Source: a virus. Taken from it: a DNA stretch of 64,000 bases. Below, one piece after another: positions 47,135 to 56,198 of this stretch. Position 1 is the stretch's first letter, and every line of letters begins with the position of its first letter. The position numbers and the translations under genes are program-made. Where the stretch lies: positions 4,209 through 68,208 of IMG/VR virus record IMGVR_UViG_3300034064_000912; one strand, 5' to 3'. The notes beneath the pieces were generated by a model. The model had not been told where the DNA came from and did no database searches. It saw only the letters and a program-made list of their open reading frames with translations.

Positions 47135-48294
47135 TACAGTTTTACTACTTTAAGAAGAATAGTATCAGAACTAATTCGCGACTTACATACAATATTCTTA
47201 CTAGTAATTTCATTCATAATATTCTTTAGAGTTACTTTACCACCAGACAAAATCTTAGAAAGTACTTGTTCCGGCTTACGCAGTTTTTTACTGAATGAAG
47301 TAGTATCAGCGAATCCAGTAATATTAACAGTCTTCACACCAAGACCGCTTTGATCTTGAGCTCTATATACACTCAAGATGCGTGTTTTAGTATTGAAAGT
47401 CCACAATTCTTGTGCAGCAAATATTTGCTGCGGATCAATAGATACTAGCTTATATTCCTGATCATTCTTTTTATACTTGAAGTTACGAAGAAGTTTTTCA
47501 GTAGAAATAGTCTTCGGCTTACGATTAGCCTTACGAACTTTCTTAGCATTTTCGCCAAAGACAGTAGCATCATGTATAATAGACTTATACATTTCTAGCA
47601 TCTTTTTAACGCGTTGCTTGCTATACCGTGAATACGCTTCTTTGAGTTGCAGATCGGTTCCTTCCAGAACTTCTTCGAGTTCTAGAACCATTTTGATATA
47701 ATAATCACAGATAAACGTAGAATATGTCGGAGGAATCATATTCTTCTGAAGATATTCATATGTAGAGAAAGTATCACCCTTATCGATAAGGGTTTCAATT
47801 CCACCAATAATATCTCTGGCACGTTCACGGATATTTGCCTGAATATCTACTGGAATCTTTTCAACTTTTTGTTTTTCTTTCTTAGTAGTCTTAAGAGGAT
47901 CATCTTCTTTAATAGCAATAGCTTTCGTAATACGATCGATAAGAAACAGTTTCGAACGTTCAGTAACTGAGCCACCGAGCATAATGGTTCGACAAATCCA
48001 GCCAGCAGTCGTGGGAACACGGCCATCAGGAATTGCTGCGCACTGGTGGGCAATCTGCTTTTTGCCAAGTTTATTCATATAATCTACAATGTAGTCGCGT
48101 GCATCGGCTGCACTACACATATAACTATACCAAGAATAAATCTTGCCAAGTTCAGTGTCAGTAAGAACATGACCATCGTGAACTGGCTCTTCACCAATAT
48201 ACTTAGAGTTAATAAGAAACTCTTCAGTACTAGAAATGCGATTTTTCTTTGGTCGCTTGAAACGACGGTCTTGGATTCGTTTAGTAGCAGCCAT
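47134..48294 (-). CDS. conserved hypothetical protein of T4-like phages
   Basis: GEEP...WYSY; KLVSIDP..I..AQELWTFNTK.R.L..Y; S.SKKLRKPE. Confidence 0.7.
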   Translation of the reverse strand: MAATKRIQDRRFKRPKKNRISSTEEFLINSKYIGEEPVHDGHVLTDTELGKIYSWYSYMCSAADARDYIVDYMNKLGKKQIAHQCAAIPDGRVPTTAGWICRTIMLGGSVTERSKLFLIDRITKAIAIKEDDPLKTTKKEKQKVEKIPVDIQANIRERARDIIGGIETLIDKGDTFSTYEYLQKNMIPPTYSTFICDYYIKMVLELEEVLEGTDLQLKEAYSRYSKQRVKKMLEMYKSIIHDATVFGENAKKVRKANRKPKTISTEKLLRNFKYKKNDQEYKLVSIDPQQIFAAQELWTFNTKTRILSVYRAQDQSGLGVKTVNITGFADTTSFSKKLRKPEQVLSKILSGGKVTLKNIMNEITSKNIVCKSRISSDTILLKVVKL

Positions 48295-48317
48295 TAATAA
48301 TTCTCCATCATATGATA

Positions 48318-48347
48318 ATTATACCATATATCTAGACCAATGTACAA
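48318..48347 (-). promoter_or_regulatory. early-type promoter TTGTAC-N18-TATAAT (extended -10)
   Basis: Motif copy directly after the terminator. Confidence 0.7.
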
Positions 48348-48352
48348 TAAAA

Positions 48353-48380
48353 AAAAAGGGGGAGAATTCTCCCCCTTTTT
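48353..48380. terminator. intrinsic terminator
   Basis: Perfect palindrome AAAAAGGGGGAGAATTCTCCCCCTTTTT right after the stop at 48383. Confidence 0.88.
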
Positions 48381-48382
48381 AA

Positions 48383-49333
48383 CTAACCTGCCATTTCAAG
48401 AGCCTTTTCCATTGCCTTGGTTTTAAGATTTCGATTGTATCCATACCAAGAGTTGGTAAGACGATTATCTACACTCTTACCAAGAAGATGATCAGTCATA
48501 TATGTTACAGTATTAAACAACTGCCAGAAGCTGCCCTTTGCAAACTCAGCACCAGGCTGAGTCTCGACAATGCTAAGAGCAGTATTTGCATTACGAGAGA
48601 GCTTCAGATCACCAGTAGCATTAGCTGCCGTGGGGAAGACAAACCTAAAATAGTCCATGGCATTTTCAGCGGTAGCCTGCTTAGAGCCAAGGAACTGAGC
48701 CATATCCTTGTACTTAGCCAGTTTACCGGTAGCAATACCAAGCATGGTCTTGACGTCACCAGCATTGAACTGAGTACGATGTGAAATCTTAATCATTCGC
48801 TCTACAGCAGAGTTAAGTGAAAGAGTAAGAGTATTATTACACACAACACGAATTGGAGTAAAACGCACATCAGTAGAAAATCCATACTTATGGAAATTAC
48901 TGAAAAGCATATAGGAATCAATTCTATCACCCTTGAAGAGTTCAAAGGATTCCTTTACCTTGGCAAGACCCCAGACAATCTGGCCATTCTTAAGTGAGCC
49001 TGCAGTTTCCATATGCATATCGCCTGCCATAATATATTCATTAAAGAATTCAAAGGCTTCCTGATTCTGTACAGGATTCCAGTCTTCCGAAACAACATCA
49101 ATCATGTGATGATCAGTATTTCGGACAAGAGCAGACTTACCAATAGCTACATTCTTACCATTGATATTAGCATAAGCCGGAATCTTTTCCACTGTCCAAT
49201 CAAGATTAGCAGCCTTAAGCATCTGCTCAGGAGTCAGATCAGGAAGAACTTCCTTACCCAAGCCGTGCCAGGGCTTCTGACCAACATACGCCATCGAAGC
49301 CTTACCATCAACCATTTCAATTTCATGTGCCAT
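48383..49333 (-). CDS. DUF932/DUF945-family protein
   Basis: MAHEIE...MAYVG..PWHGLG, PVQN.EAF.FF, METAGSLK.G, TPIRVVCNNTL; start set at MAHE. Confidence 0.85.
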   Translation of the reverse strand: MAHEIEMVDGKASMAYVGQKPWHGLGKEVLPDLTPEQMLKAANLDWTVEKIPAYANINGKNVAIGKSALVRNTDHHMIDVVSEDWNPVQNQEAFEFFNEYIMAGDMHMETAGSLKNGQIVWGLAKVKESFELFKGDRIDSYMLFSNFHKYGFSTDVRFTPIRVVCNNTLTLSLNSAVERMIKISHRTQFNAGDVKTMLGIATGKLAKYKDMAQFLGSKQATAENAMDYFRFVFPTAANATGDLKLSRNANTALSIVETQPGAEFAKGSFWQLFNTVTYMTDHLLGKSVDNRLTNSWYGYNRNLKTKAMEKALEMAG

Positions 49334-49391
49334 AACAAATATCCTATTCACTGTTTCACTGTATAGGATGGAATTCCCATCCAATATAGTC

Positions 49392-49421
49392 ATTCTATAT
49401 CATATAGATCTAAATGTACAC
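49392..49421 (-). promoter_or_regulatory. early-type promoter GTGTAC-N18-TAGAAT
   Basis: Motif copy in the intergenic gap. Confidence 0.65.
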
Positions 49422-49458
49422 AACTAAATGATGTAATTTTATTATTTTTATTTGATAA

Positions 49459-50112
49459 CTATTGAAACTTATGATTTTTGAACATAGAAACAACTTCTTG
49501 TACGTAATCCATAGTATTCTGTACAAACACCTGAGGACCATCATGTTGAGTACAGATTAGTACTACAATTTGTGGTATGTTTATGTTATGCAGCTCGCCA
49601 GTCATAAGAGCATAACATGTAGCTTGCTGAAAATAACCGCGTATATTATTAATGTCTTTTGGTTGTGATGCTGTCTTAAAATCTACAATAGATGGAATTC
49701 CATCAAATCTAGCTATTACATCAGATCTACCTGCTGTACGAAGACGATGAGAATATAGTGGATGTTCTACTCCATATACTACATCTAGTCTCTTGTCAAC
49801 AATAGGTTTCATTTCATCGAAAAGCATCTTATTGAATGGCATGATTTTATCGATATCAATATCATTCATAAGATATTTTTCAAACATCTTATGAACAGCT
49901 GTGCCTCTGACAGCTGCTCTATTTGTAATTTCTTGAGCTTTTTCTTTACCTACTCGTTTTTGCCATTCCCAGAGCCATGTTTTATCTGAGTATGAACCAA
50001 TAACAGTAGTAACAGATGGATATTTTTTACCGTCAGGTGTTGTATAAAATCTTCCTGTATCAGTAGTTATAGATTTTAATTCTTGCTTTTCTAGCAATTC
50101 ATACTTAAACAC
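49459..50112 (-). CDS. PD-(D/E)xK exonuclease (Cas4-like phage exonuclease)
   Basis: YPSVTTV, RGTAVH, AGRSD, IVDFKT, YFQQ...YA. Confidence 0.85.
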   Translation of the reverse strand: MFKYELLEKQELKSITTDTGRFYTTPDGKKYPSVTTVIGSYSDKTWLWEWQKRVGKEKAQEITNRAAVRGTAVHKMFEKYLMNDIDIDKIMPFNKMLFDEMKPIVDKRLDVVYGVEHPLYSHRLRTAGRSDVIARFDGIPSIVDFKTASQPKDINNIRGYFQQATCYALMTGELHNINIPQIVVLICTQHDGPQVFVQNTMDYVQEVVSMFKNHKFQ

Positions 50113-50854
50113 TTATTCCCAATCTATCCTTAGTAATAATATAATCGCGCACAAGACTTGATCTGACAATATCATCGCTATTAAAATCTACAAATTTAAA
50201 CGACTTCATCTGTTTAATAATAGACATAAATTTTATAATACCGCTTTTTTCGTTTTCACGACGAAAATCAGATTGTCTAAAATCACCACACATTAATATT
50301 TTACAATTTTTTCCAATTCTAGTAATTACAGAATCGAGTTCGCCCAAGTCCATATTCTGAATCTCATCGGCGATAATAATAGAATCATTAAAAGTAGTGC
50401 CACGTACGAAAGAAGTAGATATGAACTCCAAGTGGCCCTTATTGCATAACATCGTATAAGCATCACTTCTGCCAAAAAGCTCTGTACATATAGCTGTATA
50501 TGGAGCTTCATAAACTTTTGATTTGTCTTTATTGCTTCCAGGAAGAAATCCCATGTCTCTCGTTGGAACAACGCTCCGAACAATGATGACTTTTTCATAA
50601 GGCGATTTACCATCAATAATTTGTTTAATAGATAAATATAAAGATAAAAAGCTTTTACCAGTACCAGCTACGCCATGCAATAATATATTTTCATTATCTG
50701 AAAAATAATCAAATACTAATTTTTGATTATTTGTTAAGGGTGTTATATTTTTTATTTGAAGAGTATTCTTAGATAATCCATCTTTATTTTTATCATTCAC
50801 ACCAGCATTTTGAAGTTTTCTTTTTTCTTTTCTAGTCAATCTTCTTTGCTGCAT
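50105..50854 (-). CDS. phoH: PhoH-family ATPase
   Basis: GVAGTGKS, RS.V..RDMGFLPG, RGTTF, DEIQN, GDFRQSD, DIVRS. Confidence 0.93.
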   Translation of the reverse strand: MQQRRLTRKEKRKLQNAGVNDKNKDGLSKNTLQIKNITPLTNNQKLVFDYFSDNENILLHGVAGTGKSFLSLYLSIKQIIDGKSPYEKVIIVRSVVPTRDMGFLPGSNKDKSKVYEAPYTAICTELFGRSDAYTMLCNKGHLEFISTSFVRGTTFNDSIIIADEIQNMDLGELDSVITRIGKNCKILMCGDFRQSDFRRENEKSGIIKFMSIIKQMKSFKFVDFNSDDIVRSSLVRDYIITKDRLGISV

Positions 50855-50867
50855 TTTACTCTACTGG

Positions 50868-51113
50868 TTAAAAAGTGTTTACAGTTGATTTGCTAAATCC
50901 CTTAGAATGTTGCTTCTTAATTTCTTTAAGACGATCTCTAAAAGCAGCATCAGGCTTTCTTAGGCCTAATCTAATGGAATCGCCAATTGCTGGTGCGCCA
51001 ACAATAAATTCAAGATGAGAATTGTCTTTAATGAATTTATTAAGAGAAGACATTGACATAATTTCTTCCGTCTCCTCCCCTGTTTCTTTATTTCTAAAAC
51101 TATAGATTGGCAT
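50868..51113 (-). CDS. FmdB-like small protein
   Basis: MPIYSFRNKETGE...KPD..FRDRLKEIK. Confidence 0.65.
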   Translation of the reverse strand: MPIYSFRNKETGEETEEIMSMSSLNKFIKDNSHLEFIVGAPAIGDSIRLGLRKPDAAFRDRLKEIKKQHSKGFSKSTVNTF

Positions 51114-51143
51114 TAATAATTATTTCTTTCTATATTTATCCTA

Positions 51144-51323
51144 TTATTCATTATCTTCATAATCGTCATTTTGCTGCAAAAGACTATCAATATCTTTAAT
51201 TCTCAATGCTTTCTGCATGCGCTTTTTGCGCTTCTTTTCAAGATATTCTGATCGGCGAGAATATGGATTATAAGATGCGCCGTCATTATAATCGTCTTCG
51301 TACTTATTTCTACTTTTGCTCAT
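51144..51323 (-). CDS. hypothetical 59-aa charged protein (not in the ORF track)
   Basis: MSKSRNKYEDDY...DIDSLLQQNDDYEDNE fills the gap in the operon. Confidence 0.6.
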   Translation of the reverse strand: MSKSRNKYEDDYNDGASYNPYSRRSEYLEKKRKKRMQKALRIKDIDSLLQQNDDYEDNE

Positions 51324-51738
51324 TTGGCAATAAACCTGGAAATGCTTCTTTCACTAGTTGTTGAGTAATTCCCTTGTATGGCATCTTCTTGTCCTTAATG
51401 GCACATAGAAGATCAGCATCCGCGGGCGCTAATGACTCGAGAAGTTGTATAAACAACGCCTCGCGTCTAAGTGGTTTAAGACTATCATTACCACCTTTAA
51501 CAAACAGATATAATTTACGTGCTTCTGTATATAATACATTTTCAAGATCATGTAAATTATTCTTATTATAAGGTGGTACACCTTCTGGTAAGAGCCATTC
51601 AATACGTGGATCGAATGCCCCTTGCAGAATTGTTAAAAGAGTAGAATTACCAGCATGCTTTTGTAGTTCAGCAAGTTTATCTACTTTCTTGGGAATCTTA
51701 GAGATCTGTTCAAGAATCTCCGCGACACCTAATTTCAT
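51310..51738 (-). CDS. conserved hypothetical protein (T4-like, follows rnh)
   Basis: FDP.I.WLLPEG.PPY...RREALFIQLLESL...DA.LL..IKDKK. Confidence 0.75.
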   Translation of the reverse strand: MKLGVAEILEQISKIPKKVDKLAELQKHAGNSTLLTILQGAFDPRIEWLLPEGVPPYNKNNLHDLENVLYTEARKLYLFVKGGNDSLKPLRREALFIQLLESLAPADADLLCAIKDKKMPYKGITQQLVKEAFPGLLPNEQK

Positions 51739-52583
51739 ACAAAATCTCCCATATGTTCCATTAAATTCTTCAATCTATTAGTCATAAAATAATTCATAAG
51801 TTTAGATCCATTCTTATTAGACTGTTCTTCATATGAATTAATAATATTTTGCTTTAGCTCATCAGGCGTTCTAGACAGATCAATAAGAATGCTATTTCTA
51901 ATATAATTACGATACAATGGATGATCGAACTTGCCAGCCAACCCAAGATGCTTAAGTTCATCTATCTTTCTTTGAGTAAGTGTTTTCTGACGTTTGCCAA
52001 CTACAAATGTATCAGCATCGGATAGAATATTTGGAATTCCATCACCCTTATCACCACGCAGAATATGCTCTTCTAGATATTCATCTGGAGCTGCGCAACT
52101 AATAAACTTTTTACGTGTAGGATCATATTGCTTAACACTATCATATTGCAATTGATTGAAGTCTTTATCACCTGATACAATTAGAATATTATCAGTCTTA
52201 TGAAAAGTGTTTACTAGACATGCAATTGCATCATCAGCTTCACATTCATTTAGATGAATAACACGATATGGGAAATATTCTTTTAGTTCTGTACGAATCT
52301 TGTTCATACACTCAAAAATACTAGGCCAATTGATTTCAGATGTTTCTTGTCCCTTTTTACGATTGGCCTTATAGTAAGGGAAACTCTTTTTACGCCAACA
52401 GTTACCACCATCAGCTGTAATTACAAACTCACCATATTCATCCCGGAACTTTATATTCAAAGAACGAATAGTGTTAAGAATCATATGTCGAAACATATTT
52501 TCTTCAACAGCAGCATTGGTGTGATTACCAATCTGTACCATCAAATTAGAAATCATGACCTGATTAAGGTCCAAAATAATCAT
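51735..52583 (-). CDS. rnh: RNase H / 5'-3' exonuclease
   Basis: DLNQ, WRK..FPYYKANRK, EADD, SGDKDFNQL, GDKGDGIPN. Confidence 0.93.
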   Translation of the reverse strand: MIILDLNQVMISNLMVQIGNHTNAAVEENMFRHMILNTIRSLNIKFRDEYGEFVITADGGNCWRKKSFPYYKANRKKGQETSEINWPSIFECMNKIRTELKEYFPYRVIHLNECEADDAIACLVNTFHKTDNILIVSGDKDFNQLQYDSVKQYDPTRKKFISCAAPDEYLEEHILRGDKGDGIPNILSDADTFVVGKRQKTLTQRKIDELKHLGLAGKFDHPLYRNYIRNSILIDLSRTPDELKQNIINSYEEQSNKNGSKLMNYFMTNRLKNLMEHMGDFV

Positions 52584-52597
52584 AATGTATTTCTCTT

Positions 52598-52975
52598 TTA
52601 CTCTGTTTTTGTATCAATAAATTTTAGATGAATTTCATCTGCTATGGTAAAGTCTTCGTCATCAGTTCTTACAAATATGTGTTCCGCTACTGTTTGAAAT
52701 GGATGATAGAGATCATAATATTTAGAAAGAAGTGCATGCATAGATTCAATGAGAAATGATCCATATTTAAGTTCATTTTCATTCTTAAAATCTGAAAAGT
52801 CAAATCCAGCTGCTTGTAATCTTTCAAATAACATTGGCGAAATAGCAAGAAGTGTTTCTTGTATATGTTGGCTTTTCATAGTATCTACAGCATGCTGCGA
52901 CTCGACATCATTAGGCGGAATACGCGTATTTTTAACATTATTTTTAACAGGAAAAGAGATAATCTCAGCTGTCAT
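52598..52975 (-). CDS. hypothetical protein
   Basis: Intact ORF with IISFP N-terminus and YHPFQ motif, in the operon with rnh. Confidence 0.65.
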   Translation of the reverse strand: MTAEIISFPVKNNVKNTRIPPNDVESQHAVDTMKSQHIQETLLAISPMLFERLQAAGFDFSDFKNENELKYGSFLIESMHALLSKYYDLYHPFQTVAEHIFVRTDDEDFTIADEIHLKFIDTKTE

Positions 52976-53001
52976 ATGATTCTATGATTGTTTATATAGT
53001 C

Positions 53002-53031
53002 ATTATATTTATAATTCATGATTATGTACAC
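53002..53031 (-). promoter_or_regulatory. early-type promoter GTGTAC-N18-TATAAT overlapping a late TATAAATA (53006-53013)
   Basis: Both motifs are visible in the gap. Confidence 0.65.
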
Positions 53032-53038
53032 TACTAAT

Positions 53039-54061
53039 TTACACTTTATAAATGAATTTCTTTTCGTACTTCGCTGGAAGTCTGGAATCATGCGGATATT
53101 TATCGTTAAGTTCTAATAGAGCATTTTCCCACTTCTTAAGAATTAGCGCAATATCAAAGCGCTGATTAGCATAATGGCTGACAGCTTCAGCACGATTCAA
53201 GAGCTGTTGCCTATTAGTATTATACTGTTCAATTACGTAATCTAAATTTGCTGCAAATATATTAGCATGAATAGTTTTATCAGCTGAACCATGATACATA
53301 TGAGTCAATGAGCCACTTGTATCAGGCAGTGCTCCATAATTAGGATGAACACACGCTAGTCCAGCTGACATAGATTCCATCAATACACGACATCCCGTCT
53401 CAAGCCAGATAGATGGATATGCTAAAATATGACACTTTGCTAGATGCGATTTAACTTGATCATTGGGAGTAAAACCATGATATGTCATCTGTGGGTGCTG
53501 AGAAATGCGATTATATAGCGGCTGAAAATTCTTATCAGCATCTTCCCATCCATAAATCTTAAAACTAGAAAATACATCTAGATGAATATTATTATACTTC
53601 TCTGCCAACTTTTCAAATACAGGAACAAGAATTTCTAAGCCGCGGTGTGGAGTAGAACAATATACAAGACGAATAGTATCATCCGCAAGCTTAGATTCCC
53701 AGTCTGGACTAATTGGAGTAACACCATTTTCAATTACAATATCTCTATCAGAATATTCCATACCAAGAACATACTGATAACGCGAATACTGCCAATTAGA
53801 TACAAATATAAACTTATGAAAATTAAGTCTAAATTGTGGATCTTTAAACTTTAGCGACTCAGGATCTTCTGGAAGATCATGAACATTCATAATTCTAATC
53901 TTATCGTTCTTTATATTGCGCACACGTGATGGAATAATTTGAAAATTTTCAAGTAAAGCTCGATCAATAGTCCCATCATAGACAGAACGGAGCATTAGCT
54001 CCGTTCCACCACTGGCATTCATTGATACTTCATTCTTTTCAAGCAAATCATAATTATTCAT
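53039..54061 (-). CDS. GT-B (GT4-like) glycosyltransferase
   Basis: GGTE, HD, FVSNWQ, Y.STPHRGL, AYPSIWLETGC..LME.M.AG, GALP.T. Confidence 0.88.
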   Translation of the reverse strand: MNNYDLLEKNEVSMNASGGTELMLRSVYDGTIDRALLENFQIIPSRVRNIKNDKIRIMNVHDLPEDPESLKFKDPQFRLNFHKFIFVSNWQYSRYQYVLGMEYSDRDIVIENGVTPISPDWESKLADDTIRLVYCSTPHRGLEILVPVFEKLAEKYNNIHLDVFSSFKIYGWEDADKNFQPLYNRISQHPQMTYHGFTPNDQVKSHLAKCHILAYPSIWLETGCRVLMESMSAGLACVHPNYGALPDTSGSLTHMYHGSADKTIHANIFAANLDYVIEQYNTNRQQLLNRAEAVSHYANQRFDIALILKKWENALLELNDKYPHDSRLPAKYEKKFIYKV

Positions 54062-54111
54062 TATATAAACTTTCTTATTTTTAATAGATAAACAGTTGCA
54101 AAATATATTTA

Positions 54112-54393
54112 TTAAAAACTATTATCTAGTACTTGCGCATAATCTACTAAATCAATTCTAAAAGATCGCCAGCCACCATTCTGAAGATCCCAGACTGCAA
54201 GAGTTTCCTTATTTTCATCATGAAACTTCTTTTCAGTTTCCTGTTCATTAATATTTTCAGAATACGAAGCTGGAAGATACTTTGGCATTAATGTACAGCG
54301 CATTGTTCTAGACTGGCCATTAACCTTAGTAAATTGTACTTCAATAATATTTTCCTTAAGATCCTTAAGTAGTTCATCACGCTTATAAATCAT
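54112..54393 (-). CDS. Sm-like/WYL_2 (DUF2693-type) protein
   Basis: V.FTKVNG..R.MRCTL...VWDL...GWRSFR.D. Confidence 0.8.
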   Translation of the reverse strand: MIYKRDELLKDLKENIIEVQFTKVNGQSRTMRCTLMPKYLPASYSENINEQETEKKFHDENKETLAVWDLQNGGWRSFRIDLVDYAQVLDNSF

Positions 54394-54396
54394 AAT

Positions 54397-54657
54397 TTAT
54401 GCCTCTCTTAGATATTGTTTAGTATCTCGTGATTGCTGTTCTACAATCATTTGAAATTCGTTAAAACCACCAATATAGAAACCATCAACTACTATTACCG
54501 GATAAGTCTTTGCAGTTGAAAATTTTTCACTAATAAAAGAACGTGTAAAGTCTATATTTAATTTATGTTCCTTGTAAACTATCCCCTTTGTATTCATTAA
54601 ATCTTTAGCTCTATCACAAAAACTACATCCAGGTCTTGTATAAATTTCCACATGCAT
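54397..54657 (-). CDS. nrdC: glutaredoxin
   Basis: CSFC active site, TYPVI, IGGF. Confidence 0.88.
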   Translation of the reverse strand: MHVEIYTRPGCSFCDRAKDLMNTKGIVYKEHKLNIDFTRSFISEKFSTAKTYPVIVVDGFYIGGFNEFQMIVEQQSRDTKQYLREA

Positions 54658-54676
54658 TAATCAACTCCTTTAATAA

Positions 54677-55156
54677 TTAGGCTGACATTTTTGTTATACT
54701 TTTATATCTATCAGCAGCATAAGTAGCAGCAAATGCATTTGGCTTAACCATGGGTATTACATTACACATAGCGCGTATGTAACCAATTGCTTCCTGCATA
54801 ACACAATGTGAACCTTGCTTTGAATCTGAATTAATATCTAGATGAATTTCAAAATGACGATCGCCGATTGAATCGGCTAATTCAAGATACAAACCGGCAA
54901 CTTTGTATACTTCATTCATAAGACGGAAACGCGGTCGATCCCGGCGCTGATCAAAATCGCGTTGAGATTGAATCTCACCAAAGATTTTACAACCACGGCA
55001 GCCATCATAATGAATAACTGCTGCAAGAGTATAATCTGCATGCCACACTTCATTTTTAATATATCTTGCTGAGTCTGCACCCAGATATATTTTACTTGTC
55101 TGAGATGACTTAGAAATAAAGTCTCTTACATAATCTAGATTCATTTTAGAACGCAT
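54677..55156 (-). CDS. RNase H-like YkuK (DUF458) family protein
   Basis: IYLGADS, RLMNEVYK, EIHLDIN, KPNAFAATYAAD. Confidence 0.8.
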   Translation of the reverse strand: MRSKMNLDYVRDFISKSSQTSKIYLGADSARYIKNEVWHADYTLAAVIHYDGCRGCKIFGEIQSQRDFDQRRDRPRFRLMNEVYKVAGLYLELADSIGDRHFEIHLDINSDSKQGSHCVMQEAIGYIRAMCNVIPMVKPNAFAATYAADRYKSITKMSA

Positions 55157-55174
55157 TTTATACTCTTATGATAA

Positions 55175-55250
55175 TGGAGCGGGATGCCGGTAACGCTCCG
55201 GTCCTTTCTAGCTTGGAAGGCTAGTGCACATCTATCTATACCAATCCCGC
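55175..55250 (-). tRNA. tRNA-Gly(UCC) with encoded CCA and atypical D/T loops
   Basis: Acceptor stem GCGGGAT/ATCCCGC, U73-CCA, anticodon arm CTAGC-CTTCCAA-GCTAG, 76 nt. Confidence 0.88.
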
Positions 55251-55258
55251 TTTATTTC

Positions 55259-55266
55259 TATAAATA
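55259..55266 (+). promoter_or_regulatory. late promoter TATAAATA for the HNH-like gene
   Basis: Exact consensus just upstream of the ATG at 55272. Confidence 0.6.
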
Positions 55267-55271
55267 TATAT

Positions 55272-55817
55272 ATGAACACAATTGAAAACACAATTGAAAA
55301 CACAATTGAACAACTAATATGGTGGCTTGCCAATGAAAGAGGCTGTTGCTGCGAAATATGCAAAGCTGGAATATGGCTTAAGAAATTCGAGCAAACTAAA
55401 AGTCTACCATCATATCTTTCATTATACCATAAAAATGGTGATAAAGAAAACTATAATTTAAATAATGTTGCAATAAGATGTACTTATTGTGCAAAGTATA
55501 AACATATTACTCCCGCATCATTTAAATTAATGAGAAAAAAAATCAATCTAGATCATGGTCATTCAGGATCTAGATGGTATAATAATGGTCTTATGAGTAA
55601 ATTCTTAAAACAACATGAAGTAGATATTTTTGTTCAGATGGGTTGGCAAAAAGGTAGAATAGTTAAAAAAGGTCCACCATCTACCAGTGGAAAAATAAGA
55701 ATTACTAATGGTGTTATGAATTCGCATATATGGCCAGATGAAAATGTTCCTGAAGGATGGTGGAAAGGAAAAGCAAATTTTATCGCGAAATATGATTCTT
55801 CCTTACTTTACAAATAA
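55272..55817 (+). CDS. HNH-like homing endonuclease, possibly degenerate
   Basis: CEIC...L.LYHKNGD..N....N...RC..C plus two WYNNG/ITNG...GW.KG NUMOD-type repeats; start moved from 55224, which lies inside the tRNA. Confidence 0.65.
   Translation: MNTIENTIENTIEQLIWWLANERGCCCEICKAGIWLKKFEQTKSLPSYLSLYHKNGDKENYNLNNVAIRCTYCAKYKHITPASFKLMRKKINLDHGHSGSRWYNNGLMSKFLKQHEVDIFVQMGWQKGRIVKKGPPSTSGKIRITNGVMNSHIWPDENVPEGWWKGKANFIAKYDSSLLYK
55275..55310 (+). repeat. 12-nt tandem repeat x3 (AACACAATTGAA; NTIE x3)
   Basis: Three exact copies. Confidence 0.9.
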
Positions 55818-56184
55818 TCCACTGGTTGTAATACTGATCAGATTCTAATACCTTATATTCAAATTGAAGTCTGGCCTCATGATAAGACGCATCTCCTTTT
55901 GTTTTACAGAGTATTAGTATTTCGCGCTTAAACTTATCTTTTCCATATTTTACTATGTCAGCAATTAAATCTGCTGATGAACCATAATAGTCTTTCCAAT
56001 CAGATTCAAGCTTAATGCGTTTAGCACGTTTCTTTCCTTTAATCTTTTTCTTTCGTAAAGACCAAAACCATTTTTTTCCAATGTATTTTTTGTCATTAAC
56101 TGTATTAGTGATGATATAGACAAATCCATAATTGGATTTTATATCATCACTAGTGAATTTTTTAATACCATATGTCCATGTCAT
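55780..56184 (-). CDS. short GIY-YIG (Seg-like) nuclease
   Basis: YGFVYIITN....KKYIGKK...ESDWKDYYGSS...F.REIL...YYN. Confidence 0.85.
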   Translation of the reverse strand: MTWTYGIKKFTSDDIKSNYGFVYIITNTVNDKKYIGKKWFWSLRKKKIKGKKRAKRIKLESDWKDYYGSSADLIADIVKYGKDKFKREILILCKTKGDASYHEARLQFEYKVLESDQYYNQWIICKVRKNHISR

Positions 56185-56198
56185 GGACCTATTTATAT

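Noticed and set aside
49334-49393. N-terminal extension of the DUF932 ORF
   Set aside because: It begins at the promoter -10 element; the family start is MAHE at 49333
49459-50112. Cas4-like nuclease as a sign of CRISPR-Cas
   Set aside because: Common stand-alone exonuclease of T4-like phages; no array or other cas genes
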